Of a DNA stretch of 64,000 nt, positions 51,009 through 59,251 are shown piece after piece (position 1 is the stretch's first letter; the number at the start of each line of letters is the position of its first letter). Below the pieces are notes generated by a model. That model searched no databases and was not told the origin of the DNA. It was given only the letters and a program-made list of their open reading frames with translations. The stretch is from the NCBI GenBank assembly GCA_944349635.1, contig CALVNH010000001.1, positions 212,385 to 276,384 of the forward strand, given 5' to 3'. This stretch comes from an uncultured Clostridia bacterium. Lineage in GTDB: Bacteria > Bacillota > Clostridia > Christensenellales > CAG-917. A program made the position numbers and the translations under genes.

Positions 51009-51271
51009 TACGCCACCTCCTCGAAGTCGTCCAGATGGACGTGTTCAAACATAGCGCCGTACTCGAAATACAGTCTGCCGTTTTTATCTTTCAGAAGGTC
51101 ATAAGTGATAACGCTTATTTTGCCTCTGTTGGTAACGGCTATCCGGATTTCATTCTTGGCGGCATCGATTCCTATGATGTTGAAGGTGATGAATTCTTCA
51201 CCGTCGTAGAGTTCGAATTCCGAGAGATAATACCTCTTGAATTCAGGAATTTGGGAAACTTTGTTTTCCAT
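51008..51271 (-). CDS. 87 aa hypothetical protein
   Basis: GGAGGTAAATCCT lies upstream of the ATG at 51271: MENKVSQIPEFKRYYLSEFELYDGEEFITFNIIGIDAAKNEIRIAVTNRGKISVITYDLL... No motif was recognised. Confidence 0.5.
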   Translation of the reverse strand: MENKVSQIPEFKRYYLSEFELYDGEEFITFNIIGIDAAKNEIRIAVTNRGKISVITYDLLKDKNGRLYFEYGAMFEHVHLDDFEEVA

Positions 51272-51411
51272 AGGATTTACCTCCAAATTTATTTTGCCTT
51301 TCGGGAGAGGCAGAGGTAGCATTGATTGAGCATAGGTCTGTTCATTGGAAGTGATGAAAAACAGAAGTCAACGCATCAAGAAAAAATATTGAGTTGGAGT
51401 TGTTAGATTTT

Positions 51412-51451
51412 CAAAGCAAAAGAAAAAGCCGAGAAGAAATTTCTTCCCGGC
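51412..51451 (-). terminator. Rho-independent terminator upstream of the small-ORF cluster
   Basis: Minus strand has GCCGGGAAGAAA/TTTCTTCTCGGC (12 bp, 1 mismatch), then TTTTTCTTTTGCTTT. Confidence 0.55.
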
Positions 51452-51551
51452 TTCGGAGTTAAAAATATTTGATTTTTAAGCGATATTTTTTCGCATTGAC
51501 TTCTGCGAAATCTGTGCTACGATGGCTACCACGAAACGGCAAAATTTGGAG

Positions 51552-51582
51552 AAAAATAGGCGGCACTTACCGCCTATTTTGT
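51552..51582. terminator. Bidirectional hairpin terminator
   Basis: AATAGGCGG-CACTTA-CCGCCTATT, flanked by an A-run and a T-run. Confidence 0.5.
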
Positions 51583-51680
51583 GTAGTTGCCGTGGGCATC
51601 TCTTTTCTGTGTCAAGTAGAAGTCTGATAATTGCGGAACATAAACTTCGGTGTCGATTATGATGCCGGCGACACCCTTGA

Positions 51681-51720
51681 TACAAAAATAACAGAGCCGC
51701 GGGTTCAAACGCGACTCTGT
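51681..51720 (-). terminator. Terminator directly after tRNA-Ser
   Basis: Minus strand has ACAGAGTCGCG...CGCGGCTCTGT (1 mismatch), then TATTTTTGTA. Confidence 0.65.
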
Positions 51721-51721
51721 T

Positions 51722-51813
51722 TGGCGGAGAAGCAGGGATTTGAACCCTGGCTACGATTCACTCGTACTACTCCCTTAGCAGGGGAGCCCCTTCGGCCTCT
51801 TGGGTACTTCTCC
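51722..51813 (-). tRNA. tRNA-Ser (anticodon GCU), CCA encoded
   Basis: Hand-folded: acceptor GGAGAAG/CTTCTCC, anticodon stem CTCCC/GGGAG, loop CTGCTAA, long variable arm, T-arm CAGGG-TTCAAAT-CCCTG, and 3' GCCA. Confidence 0.9.
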
Positions 51814-51835
51814 GTGCCGATTTCTTTGCTTGCTT

Positions 51836-51864
51836 ATAATAGCACAGCAAGCATTGAGTGTCAA
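51836..51864 (-). promoter_or_regulatory. SigA-type promoter of tRNA-Ser
   Basis: Minus strand reads TTGACA, a 17 nt spacer, TATTAT, then a 22 nt leader. Confidence 0.65.
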
Positions 51865-52082
51865 TTGTTTTGTGCGTATGGCTCAAAATGCGGATTGCGG
51901 CGAAGCATTCCGCTTCTCTGCCCCGTCATCGGCGCCGAAATCACCGTCGGAATGCGGCACTCTGCACGGAAAGCCATTATGTTTTACCCGCAAAACGGAA
52001 AGGGGTTCCTTCCCCGTCGCGCAACCGCGCCTTGCGACCGTTTTTAAAGAACGTGTCCGCGCTCTCGTTCCCGAAAGACAAA

Positions 52083-52116
52083 CAAAAGACAAAACGGCGC
52101 ATTGCGCCGTTTTGCG
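52083..52116 (-). terminator. Terminator after the SGNH lipoprotein gene
   Basis: Minus strand has AACGGCGC-AAT-GCGCCGTT, then TTGTCTTTTGTTTG. Confidence 0.6.
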
Positions 52117-52145
52117 TTACTTTGCTTTATCGTGTCATTTCAACG

Positions 52146-53858
52146 TCATACCTTATAGGCAATGAAGTCGAGTTTGATGAAGTCTATCATAAACCTGAGT
52201 TGCTCCGCCTTTTCCGCCGTCACGGGGGAAACCGTCATCACGACGTAAGGCTGCGTATCGCTGTCATAGGGAGTGAGATAGACTGCTTGATAGGTGTTGT
52301 CGTCCACGTCCGTAACGGTTCTGTACTCATACGTCGCATTCATTTCCACGCCGAATCCCGCAGGCAGTTGCAATGGCGAAGGCAGTCTGCCCTGTTGCAA
52401 GGCGTCTATCAGGTTTGCCACAACGGGGTCGGTCTTGTCTTCAAGCCCCAGGAAATGCGCGCCGAAGCTGTCATCCATCAATCCGAACGACCCGCTGATG
52501 TCGCTCTGCACGAAACCGGGGAACAGATTCTTTAGATAAGTGTCCACGAGATAAGTCACGTTGAAAGTTGCCAGCATCGAATCTATATTCAAATCGGGGA
52601 ACAGACTTTCCAGACTGCCGAGGTTGTCCATAATGTCGTCGCGGACAATCAGACGAAGCGTCATCGTGCCGTTGTTGCGGAGTATCACGCAGCTTTTGTC
52701 GATGTCGACAATCAGCGAAAGCACGGGTCCTGTCACAAGCCCCCAGACAGAGGATTCGTCACTAAGTTTGTAAGTGGTTTCCACTACGGTGTCGGGGGTT
52801 GACGTGGGCTTGAATTCGTTTTTGTATTCCGGGATTTTGCCGTCCGTGATTTGGAAAAATACTTCCGTCACCGCCTCGCATGACGTCATGGCATTGATTT
52901 GAGCAACGGCAACGTCGATGTCGGACACGGCTTTCGCAAAATGGTTTTTCAGAAGATTGACTCTCATTGTCTTGTACTCTTTCAAGGCAAAATCCGCGTT
53001 CGCCAACTTGAGTTCCTCGAGTTTCCGTTGCGTAGCGTCGGCAAGCACGGCGTGTCCTTCGTTGGACGGGTGAATATAATCGGGATAAATGAGCGATTTG
53101 CCGCGCTCCGGGTCGGCTTCGTAAATTCTGTCGAACTCCGCCTGCGCGTCGACGATGTGGAATGCACCCGGGTGCTCGTCGAGATAATTCGTCAACACAC
53201 CGTTGAGCCTGGAAAGAATCTTGCCGCCGAGTTCGCGGTAATCTTCGGGATAAACTCCGTACTGCGTGCGCAGCGCTTCGCGGGTGGGCGCGTCCACAAG
53301 AGTGGAATTCTCGCTGAGAGGATTGTACACGTTCTGGAAAATGATGGTGGCGTCGGCATTCAGCTCTTTCAGTTTGGTGACGATGTCGGCAATGTTGTAT
53401 TCCGCTTCCCTGATGATACGGTCAATCGTGAAATAGGTGTCTTCGGCGGCTTCCAGCACAACCTGATTCATATTCATATCCTGCAACAAATCGTTGCCAA
53501 GTATGGAAATGTGAATTATGTCCGCCGTGCGCACGTTGGAAATGAGCATACGCGCTCCGTCATAGCCAGTTTTGTTGCTGAGCAAGGCCAACAAATCCGC
53601 CGTGAGGTGCCCCGATACGGAGTGATTGACGTAACGATAATCGTTGCGTCTGCCGACGATGTTGGCATAGGCGTACTCGTGACGGAGAGAAACGGGAGAA
53701 GCCCCCAGAATTCCTTCCGCGATGGAATCGCCCAGATAGACAATGGAAGTTTTGTTTTCGACGCCGTTGCCTTTATTATTGTCGCAAGCGACCAGTGCTG
53801 TCGCACAGGTCAGCAAGAGGGCGACACAGACAAATACGGCAATACATTTTTTCCTCAT
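52146..53858 (-). CDS. Lipoprotein with an N-terminal SGNH/GDSL hydrolase domain and a C-terminal domain of about 300 aa of unknown function
   Basis: Lipobox LTCATALVAC, GDS block VYLGDSIAEG, and a DxxH-like block DYIHPSNEGH. Confidence 0.7.
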   Translation of the reverse strand: MRKKCIAVFVCVALLLTCATALVACDNNKGNGVENKTSIVYLGDSIAEGILGASPVSLRHEYAYANIVGRRNDYRYVNHSVSGHLTADLLALLSNKTGYDGARMLISNVRTADIIHISILGNDLLQDMNMNQVVLEAAEDTYFTIDRIIREAEYNIADIVTKLKELNADATIIFQNVYNPLSENSTLVDAPTREALRTQYGVYPEDYRELGGKILSRLNGVLTNYLDEHPGAFHIVDAQAEFDRIYEADPERGKSLIYPDYIHPSNEGHAVLADATQRKLEELKLANADFALKEYKTMRVNLLKNHFAKAVSDIDVAVAQINAMTSCEAVTEVFFQITDGKIPEYKNEFKPTSTPDTVVETTYKLSDESSVWGLVTGPVLSLIVDIDKSCVILRNNGTMTLRLIVRDDIMDNLGSLESLFPDLNIDSMLATFNVTYLVDTYLKNLFPGFVQSDISGSFGLMDDSFGAHFLGLEDKTDPVVANLIDALQQGRLPSPLQLPAGFGVEMNATYEYRTVTDVDDNTYQAVYLTPYDSDTQPYVVMTVSPVTAEKAEQLRFMIDFIKLDFIAYKV

Positions 53859-53925
53859 ATTACCCCCCTTACGGATAAAACCGCAACTACATTATAACGC
53901 ATACCCCGTTCAAAGACAATACGTA

Positions 53926-54756
53926 TCACTCCGCACCGCTCTCCGACTCTTCGGGAAAGCACTGCGTGACCTCTCCCCACCGCACGAAATGCACCCCGTC
54001 CACGCACTCCGTTGCCAACGCTCCGTCGTTGCGGACTGCGACGGCTTTACCCACGCAACGGGTTCCGTCCTCCGCGGTGAAGGAAACCGTTTTCCCCAAA
54101 GTGACAAGACTCGCCGAATATCTTTCCCACAGCTCTTCGGGAGAGGATTCGTACTGCTCGCAAAGTTCGTCGCAAAGCTGTGCGACACGAATGCCGAAGT
54201 CAATAAGAGTTTTTGCTCTGTTTTTGCAATAACGGCACTTTAAGTCTTTATCTGCGCAGAGTAAAGTCGCAGATGTTGCTATATCGTGTAAATCGCCAAG
54301 TTCCTCTTCCGTATAGAAAAGATTGACGCCGATGCCGAGGAAAACAAATCTGACCCCGTCTTTGCCGAAGACGCATTCGGGCAATATTCCGCAAATTTTT
54401 CTGCCGTCGGCAAGCACGTCGTTAGGCCATTTCAAAAGGGCGTCTATCCCGAAGAATTCCGCAAGAGTCTGCCTTACCGCAAGAGCGCACAACGCACCGA
54501 GAGGCGCGGCGTCCGCGTCCTTTCCGACGGGGCGCACGTAGGTCACGAACGTGCCTCTGTCCGCAAGCGACAGAAACTTCCTGCCGTAACGTCCTCTGCC
54601 CGCCGTCTGTTCGCGCGATATCACGGCGAAAACGTCCCGACTGCGCTCCGCAACGAAAGCCCGCGCCACGGTGTTGGTGGAATCCACACTGCGAAAACAA
54701 AAGCAAGGCAGTTGCCTGCCCTGCTTTGCGTATTTTTTTGTGTAAAAGGTTTTCAT
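53926..54756 (-). CDS. birA: Biotin--[acetyl-CoA-carboxylase] ligase (group I, no HTH)
   Basis: REQTAGRGRYGRKF and KWPNDVL motifs. Confidence 0.85.
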   Translation of the reverse strand: MKTFYTKKYAKQGRQLPCFCFRSVDSTNTVARAFVAERSRDVFAVISREQTAGRGRYGRKFLSLADRGTFVTYVRPVGKDADAAPLGALCALAVRQTLAEFFGIDALLKWPNDVLADGRKICGILPECVFGKDGVRFVFLGIGVNLFYTEEELGDLHDIATSATLLCADKDLKCRYCKNRAKTLIDFGIRVAQLCDELCEQYESSPEELWERYSASLVTLGKTVSFTAEDGTRCVGKAVAVRNDGALATECVDGVHFVRWGEVTQCFPEESESGAE

Positions 54757-54762
54757 TCAACG

Positions 54763-55944
54763 TCAGCTGAACACAGCCATCAGGAAGCCTGCCGCAACCG
54801 CGGAGCCTATGACGCCTGCCACGTTGGGGCCCATTGCGTGCATAAGCAAGTAGTTGCCGGGACGTTCCTTGAGTCCCATCGTGTTGGAAACGCGCGCCGC
54901 CATGGGAACGGCGGAAACGCCTGCTGAACCGATGAGAGGATTGATTTTGCCTTTTGAGAGCCAGCACAGCAGTTTGCCGATGGCAAGACCGCCGATGGTG
55001 GCAAACACGAACGCCAGCAGACCGAGAGCGACGATTTTCAGAGTTTCCGCGGTCAGGAAGGTGCTGAAATGCGCCGTTGCGCCGACCGAAACGCTGAGCA
55101 GTATGGTGACGATGTTCATCATGGCGTTCTGTGCCGTGTCGGACAGACGCGCCGTCACTCCGGATTCTTTGAGCAGGTTGCCGAGCATGAGGCAGCCGAG
55201 CAAAGGAGCGACGGAAGGCAGGAACAGACACGTTGCAATGATAACCACAATCGGGAACAGAATCTTCTCGGACTTGGTGACCTTGCGCGTGGGTTTCATG
55301 ACTATTGCGCGCTCTTTCTTGGTGGTCATCAGCTTCATGAGCGGGGGCTGAATGACGGGAATGAGCGCCATATAGGAATACGCCGCAATCGCGATTGCCG
55401 CAAGCAGATGAGGGGCAAGCGACTTGGTAAGCCATATCGCGGTAGGACCGTCTGCCCCACCGACGATACCGATGGACGCAGCCTCGGGACCGGTGAAACC
55501 GAAGCACACCGCGAGGAAGAACGCAACGTAAATGCCGAACTGTGCCGCCGCGCCCAGAATGAGCGATTTCGGATTGGAGAGCATCGGCTCGAAGTCGGTC
55601 ATTGCGCCGACGCCCAGGAAAATGAGGCAGGGATAGACGCTGGTCTTGACGCCGATGTAAAGTATGTCTATGAGTCCGCCGTGTTGCAACACGTTGACGT
55701 AATCCACTTCCTGCACCGTCCACCACTCGGGGTGATAGAGCGGCGTGGACGTGATGCCGTCAACGGGCAGGTTGCTTATCAGCATGCCGAAGGCAATGCC
55801 GACGAGGAGCAACGGCTCGAACTTCTTTTTGATTCCGAGGAAGAGGAAGAAGCAAGCTATTGCAATCATGGCCACGTTTCCCCAGGTCATGTTTGCAAAG
55901 CCCGTCGACTTCCACAAAAATTCAAAGGTTTCGCCCCAGTTCAT
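54763..55944 (-). CDS. oadB: Na+-translocating decarboxylase beta subunit (OadB/GcdB/MmdB family)
   Basis: Polytopic protein. The N-terminus FLWKSTGFANMTWGNVAMI and the family length fit. Confidence 0.9.
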   Translation of the reverse strand: MNWGETFEFLWKSTGFANMTWGNVAMIAIACFFLFLGIKKKFEPLLLVGIAFGMLISNLPVDGITSTPLYHPEWWTVQEVDYVNVLQHGGLIDILYIGVKTSVYPCLIFLGVGAMTDFEPMLSNPKSLILGAAAQFGIYVAFFLAVCFGFTGPEAASIGIVGGADGPTAIWLTKSLAPHLLAAIAIAAYSYMALIPVIQPPLMKLMTTKKERAIVMKPTRKVTKSEKILFPIVVIIATCLFLPSVAPLLGCLMLGNLLKESGVTARLSDTAQNAMMNIVTILLSVSVGATAHFSTFLTAETLKIVALGLLAFVFATIGGLAIGKLLCWLSKGKINPLIGSAGVSAVPMAARVSNTMGLKERPGNYLLMHAMGPNVAGVIGSAVAAGFLMAVFS

Positions 55945-55957
55945 AATTGCCCTCTCG

Positions 55958-56362
55958 TTATGCTATTTCAAACAGGGCGTCGCCCGTGTTGACGGTCGCG
56001 CCTTTTTGCACGAACACGTTTTTCAACGTGCCTGACTTGGGGGCGACGATGTCGTTTTCCATCTTCATGGCTTCGAGCACCACGATAACGTCCCCCGATT
56101 TGACGGTCTGACCCGCGGAAAGTTTCACGGCGTTGATGTTGCCGGGCATGGGCGCCTTGACAACGCCCTCTCCTGCCGCTGCGGGAGCAGGTGTCGCCGC
56201 GGGTGCGGGTGCTGCGGGAGCCGCTACGGGAGCGGCAACGGGTGCCGCGGGTGCGACGACGGGTGCCGCCGCATCGTATTCGGCGCGCATGACGGCTTCG
56301 CCTTTCTCTACTTCGACTTCATATACTTTGCCATTCAGCGTAACTTTGTAAATCATTGTCAT
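55958..56362 (-). CDS. Biotin carboxyl carrier protein (stand-alone biotinyl domain with Ala/Pro linker)
   Basis: EAMKMEN biotinylation motif and an (A/P)-rich linker. Confidence 0.85.
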   Translation of the reverse strand: MTMIYKVTLNGKVYEVEVEKGEAVMRAEYDAAAPVVAPAAPVAAPVAAPAAPAPAATPAPAAAGEGVVKAPMPGNINAVKLSAGQTVKSGDVIVVLEAMKMENDIVAPKSGTLKNVFVQKGATVNTGDALFEIA

Positions 56363-56769
56363 TCCTCCGCTTTCTCGACGGTGGGACTCTCCTGCCCGTC
56401 AACTCTTTTAATGCTCTTGAACCGCAGTTCGTTCAAAGGTGTGCCGAGGGTGTCGGCAACTATTGCCATAATCATTGCCGCGTCTCTTTCTTCCGTCCTG
56501 ACGAGCAACAGTTCGCCGCAGGTGCCGGGAGCGGGTTCCGCGTCCGCGTCTGCACCGACGCTTTCCGTCGCCTTTTCCTTCTTCTTTCCGAAAGAGAACT
56601 TAGGCAGTTTCGGCAGTTTTGCGGCAATCGCGGGAGACTTGTCTGCGATGAGCCCCATGAGCATTATGATTCCCATCAGTATGACAAGCACCGCGAAAAC
56701 GATGACGATTCCGACCGCGGAAATTATAAGCGCGTCCAGAATGCTTATTTCACCGGTTCCTATTCCCAT
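56359..56769 (-). CDS. oadG: OadG-family decarboxylase gamma subunit
   Basis: N-terminal TM helix ILDALIISAVGIVIVFAVLVILMG, and its position between the alpha and carrier genes. Confidence 0.7.
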   Translation of the reverse strand: MGIGTGEISILDALIISAVGIVIVFAVLVILMGIIMLMGLIADKSPAIAAKLPKLPKFSFGKKKEKATESVGADADAEPAPGTCGELLLVRTEERDAAMIMAIVADTLGTPLNELRFKSIKRVDGQESPTVEKAEE

Positions 56770-56781
56770 ACCCTACCTCCG

Positions 56782-58161
56782 TCAGTCCATCGGGGCGATG
56801 GTGTAACGAACCACTTTTTCTTCCTTTGCCTTGCGGGCGGAGAAATACTTTTCCGTCACCTGCGGGAACATGATGTAAGACAATACGTCTTCGTCGCTCT
56901 TCGCGACGCCTTCGAGTTCCTTTTTGGTCTTTTCGAACAGCGGTTCGAGTGTGTCGGCGTAGCGGCCTTTGATGGGCTGTTCGTCACCGAGCACGAGTTT
57001 GAGCACGTCGGGATTGATTTTGCCGGGAGCCTTGCCGTATTCGCCCTTGCAATACGCCTTGACTTCCTTGGAGATGTTCTTGTATCTCTCCCCTGCCAGT
57101 ACGTTTGCCGTCGCCTGAACTCCGACCATCTGACTCATGGGGGTGACAAGCGGAGGATATCCGAGGTCCGCACGAACCTTCGGCGTCTCTTCGAGCACTT
57201 TGTCGAACTTGTCCATGGCGTTCTGCGCTTTGAGCTGTGCGACGAGGTTGGACAGCATTCCGCCCGGAACCTTGTAGTTGAGAGCGTCCGTATCGGTCGC
57301 AAGCATTTTGGGGTCAAGCTGCCCAGATTTCAGGAACTCGTCGCGAACGGGCTTGAAGAAATCGTTGACCTGCTTCAAGACGTCGGCGTTCAGACCGGTC
57401 TCGTATCTGAGTCCTTCGAGCGCGAAGTTGAGAGTTTCGGTCGCGGGCTGAGAGCTGCCGCCGCTGAAACAGGACGTTGCGGTGTCGATGACGTCGACGC
57501 CGGCTTCCGCCGCTTTGAGGTATGTCATAAACGCCATGCCCGTCGTGCAGTGAGTGTGCAGAACGACGGGGAGTTTCACGTTCTTCTTGATTTCGGAGAC
57601 CAGCTCGTACGCCTCCGCAGGACTCATGACGCCTGCCATATCCTTGATGCAAATGGTGGACACGCCCATGCTTTCCATGTCCTTGGCAAGTTTTGCGAAG
57701 GCTTTGATTGTGTGCACGGGAGACTGCGTGTAGCTGATGGTGCCGGACACCTGTGCTCCACGCTTCAACGCCTCGTCGGTGGCGACTTCGATGTTGCGAA
57801 GGTCGTTCAGAGCGTCGAAAATTCTGATGATGTCGATACCGTTTTCCACGGACTTCGCTACGAACATTCTCACTATTTCGTCCGGATAGTGCTTGTATCC
57901 CAGCAGGTTCTGTCCGCGAAGCAGCATCTGCAACTTCGTGTTCGGCATACCTTTGCGGAGTTTGCGGAGTCTTTCCCACGGGTCCTCGTTGAGGTAGCGC
58001 AGGCAACAGTCAAACACGGCTCCGCCCCAGCACTCGACGCTGTAATAGCCGGCCTTGTCCATCACGGGCAGTATGTCGGCGAACTTCTCGTAAGGCAGAC
58101 GCGTTGCAATCAGAGATTGGTTTGCGTCGCGCAACACAGTTTCAGTAAAACCGATTTTCAT
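56782..58161 (-). CDS. oadA: Oxaloacetate decarboxylase alpha subunit, carboxyltransferase (5S/PycB-like) part
   Basis: TETVLRDANQSLIATRL...HTHCTTGMA. The start is set at MKIGF (GGAGGAAACA upstream). Confidence 0.9.
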   Translation of the reverse strand: MKIGFTETVLRDANQSLIATRLPYEKFADILPVMDKAGYYSVECWGGAVFDCCLRYLNEDPWERLRKLRKGMPNTKLQMLLRGQNLLGYKHYPDEIVRMFVAKSVENGIDIIRIFDALNDLRNIEVATDEALKRGAQVSGTISYTQSPVHTIKAFAKLAKDMESMGVSTICIKDMAGVMSPAEAYELVSEIKKNVKLPVVLHTHCTTGMAFMTYLKAAEAGVDVIDTATSCFSGGSSQPATETLNFALEGLRYETGLNADVLKQVNDFFKPVRDEFLKSGQLDPKMLATDTDALNYKVPGGMLSNLVAQLKAQNAMDKFDKVLEETPKVRADLGYPPLVTPMSQMVGVQATANVLAGERYKNISKEVKAYCKGEYGKAPGKINPDVLKLVLGDEQPIKGRYADTLEPLFEKTKKELEGVAKSDEDVLSYIMFPQVTEKYFSARKAKEEKVVRYTIAPMD

Positions 58162-58189
58162 TGTTTCCTCCATTTGACCTAATATTGAA

Positions 58190-58207
58190 TCCGCGCACGT
58201 GCGCGGA
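58190..58207. promoter_or_regulatory. 18 bp perfect palindrome TCCGCGCACGTGCGCGGA just upstream of the decarboxylase operon
   Basis: Read directly from the sequence. It lies between the phosphoesterase stop (58217) and the oadA RBS. Confidence 0.5.
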
Positions 58208-58216
58208 CGTGTTCCT

Positions 58217-59251
58217 TTATTTTTCGGAGCTCTGCTCCGCTATGTCGTCGAGCGGCAGAAGCGACACGTCGAAAGTGCCGTCTTCGGATATGTCGATTAC
58301 GGTTCCCCCGCGCTGCGAATGCGTTTTTGCCGTGGGAATCTGCCCAAGCATTGATACGTAAGCCAGATAATCTATACTCATTCCGTAAGTCAGTCTGATG
58401 CCCTTGTATTCGATGCTGAGAGTGTTCAGGTGGTCGTGCCCCATGAACATTCCTTTACAGCTGCCGAACTTCACCATTCTGCGGAAGAAGTGCCCCTCTT
58501 TGGTCTTCGGATAGCCGAAATAATTGTCTTTCTCTCCCACAAAGCCCAGATAATACTTTGCCTCGGGGTCGCCGCGGTAGCACTTTTCCCAGCCTTCCTT
58601 GAACTCCTTTGGCGGAATGTGGAAAAACGCCAGCGACGGAAGCAGTTTCCCTTCGGGAGAATTTTCCCGCACCGTCTTTTCGTACCAGTCAATCTGGTCG
58701 TCGTGAATGACGTCGAACCCGCTGAAAAAGCTCTTCCCTTCGTAACTGTTGCTGTCAAGCATCATCAAAAGGTTGACGGGCTTGCCGTCTGCCGTCTCCA
58801 AACGGAAAAAGTGGTTTCCCACTCCCGTAACGGACGGGTCGCCTTTGTCGAAATAACAGTTTTCAAGCGAGGAATAGTACTCGGCCAGTCTGTCCTTTTT
58901 GTAGAACGCGACTATTTCCTCGTCGTGATTTCCGAAAACGCACGTCCAGGGAACGCCGAGTTTCTCCATTGCCTCGCCGAATTTGCGTGAGGCTTTGAGA
59001 TTGTTGCACGTTCCCGAAAACATAAACAACGGATACACCATGTCGCCCGTCACCACCACGAAATCCGCGTCGGCGGCACGCACGATTTTTGCCACGGCTT
59101 CGAGAGCCATTTTGTCCTTTTTGCGACTCAGAAACCCGCCGCCGATGTGAATGTCGGTGAGTTGCAGAATGCGGAAAGGTCTTCCCTCCGCCATTCTTAT
59201 TACGGTACAGCCGTCATGTCTTATGAATTCCGCTTTAGACATATCTTTCAT
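58217..59251 (-). CDS. Metallophosphoesterase (Dcr2/purple-acid-phosphatase-like)
   Basis: LTDIHIGG, TGDMVY, GNHDEE and GHDH motifs. ATGA overlap with the upstream GPH gene. Confidence 0.75.
   Translation of the reverse strand: MKDMSKAEFIRHDGCTVIRMAEGRPFRILQLTDIHIGGGFLSRKKDKMALEAVAKIVRAADADFVVVTGDMVYPLFMFSGTCNNLKASRKFGEAMEKLGVPWTCVFGNHDEEIVAFYKKDRLAEYYSSLENCYFDKGDPSVTGVGNHFFRLETADGKPVNLLMMLDSNSYEGKSFFSGFDVIHDDQIDWYEKTVRENSPEGKLLPSLAFFHIPPKEFKEGWEKCYRGDPEAKYYLGFVGEKDNYFGYPKTKEGHFFRRMVKFGSCKGMFMGHDHLNTLSIEYKGIRLTYGMSIDYLAYVSMLGQIPTAKTHSQRGGTVIDISEDGTFDVSLLPLDDIAEQSSEK

Noticed and set aside
51476-51685. A 69 aa minus-strand ORF between the terminators downstream of tRNA-Ser.
   Set aside because: It is R/C/H-rich with no RBS, and it is interrupted by a strong bidirectional terminator hairpin. 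It is very unlikely to be coding.
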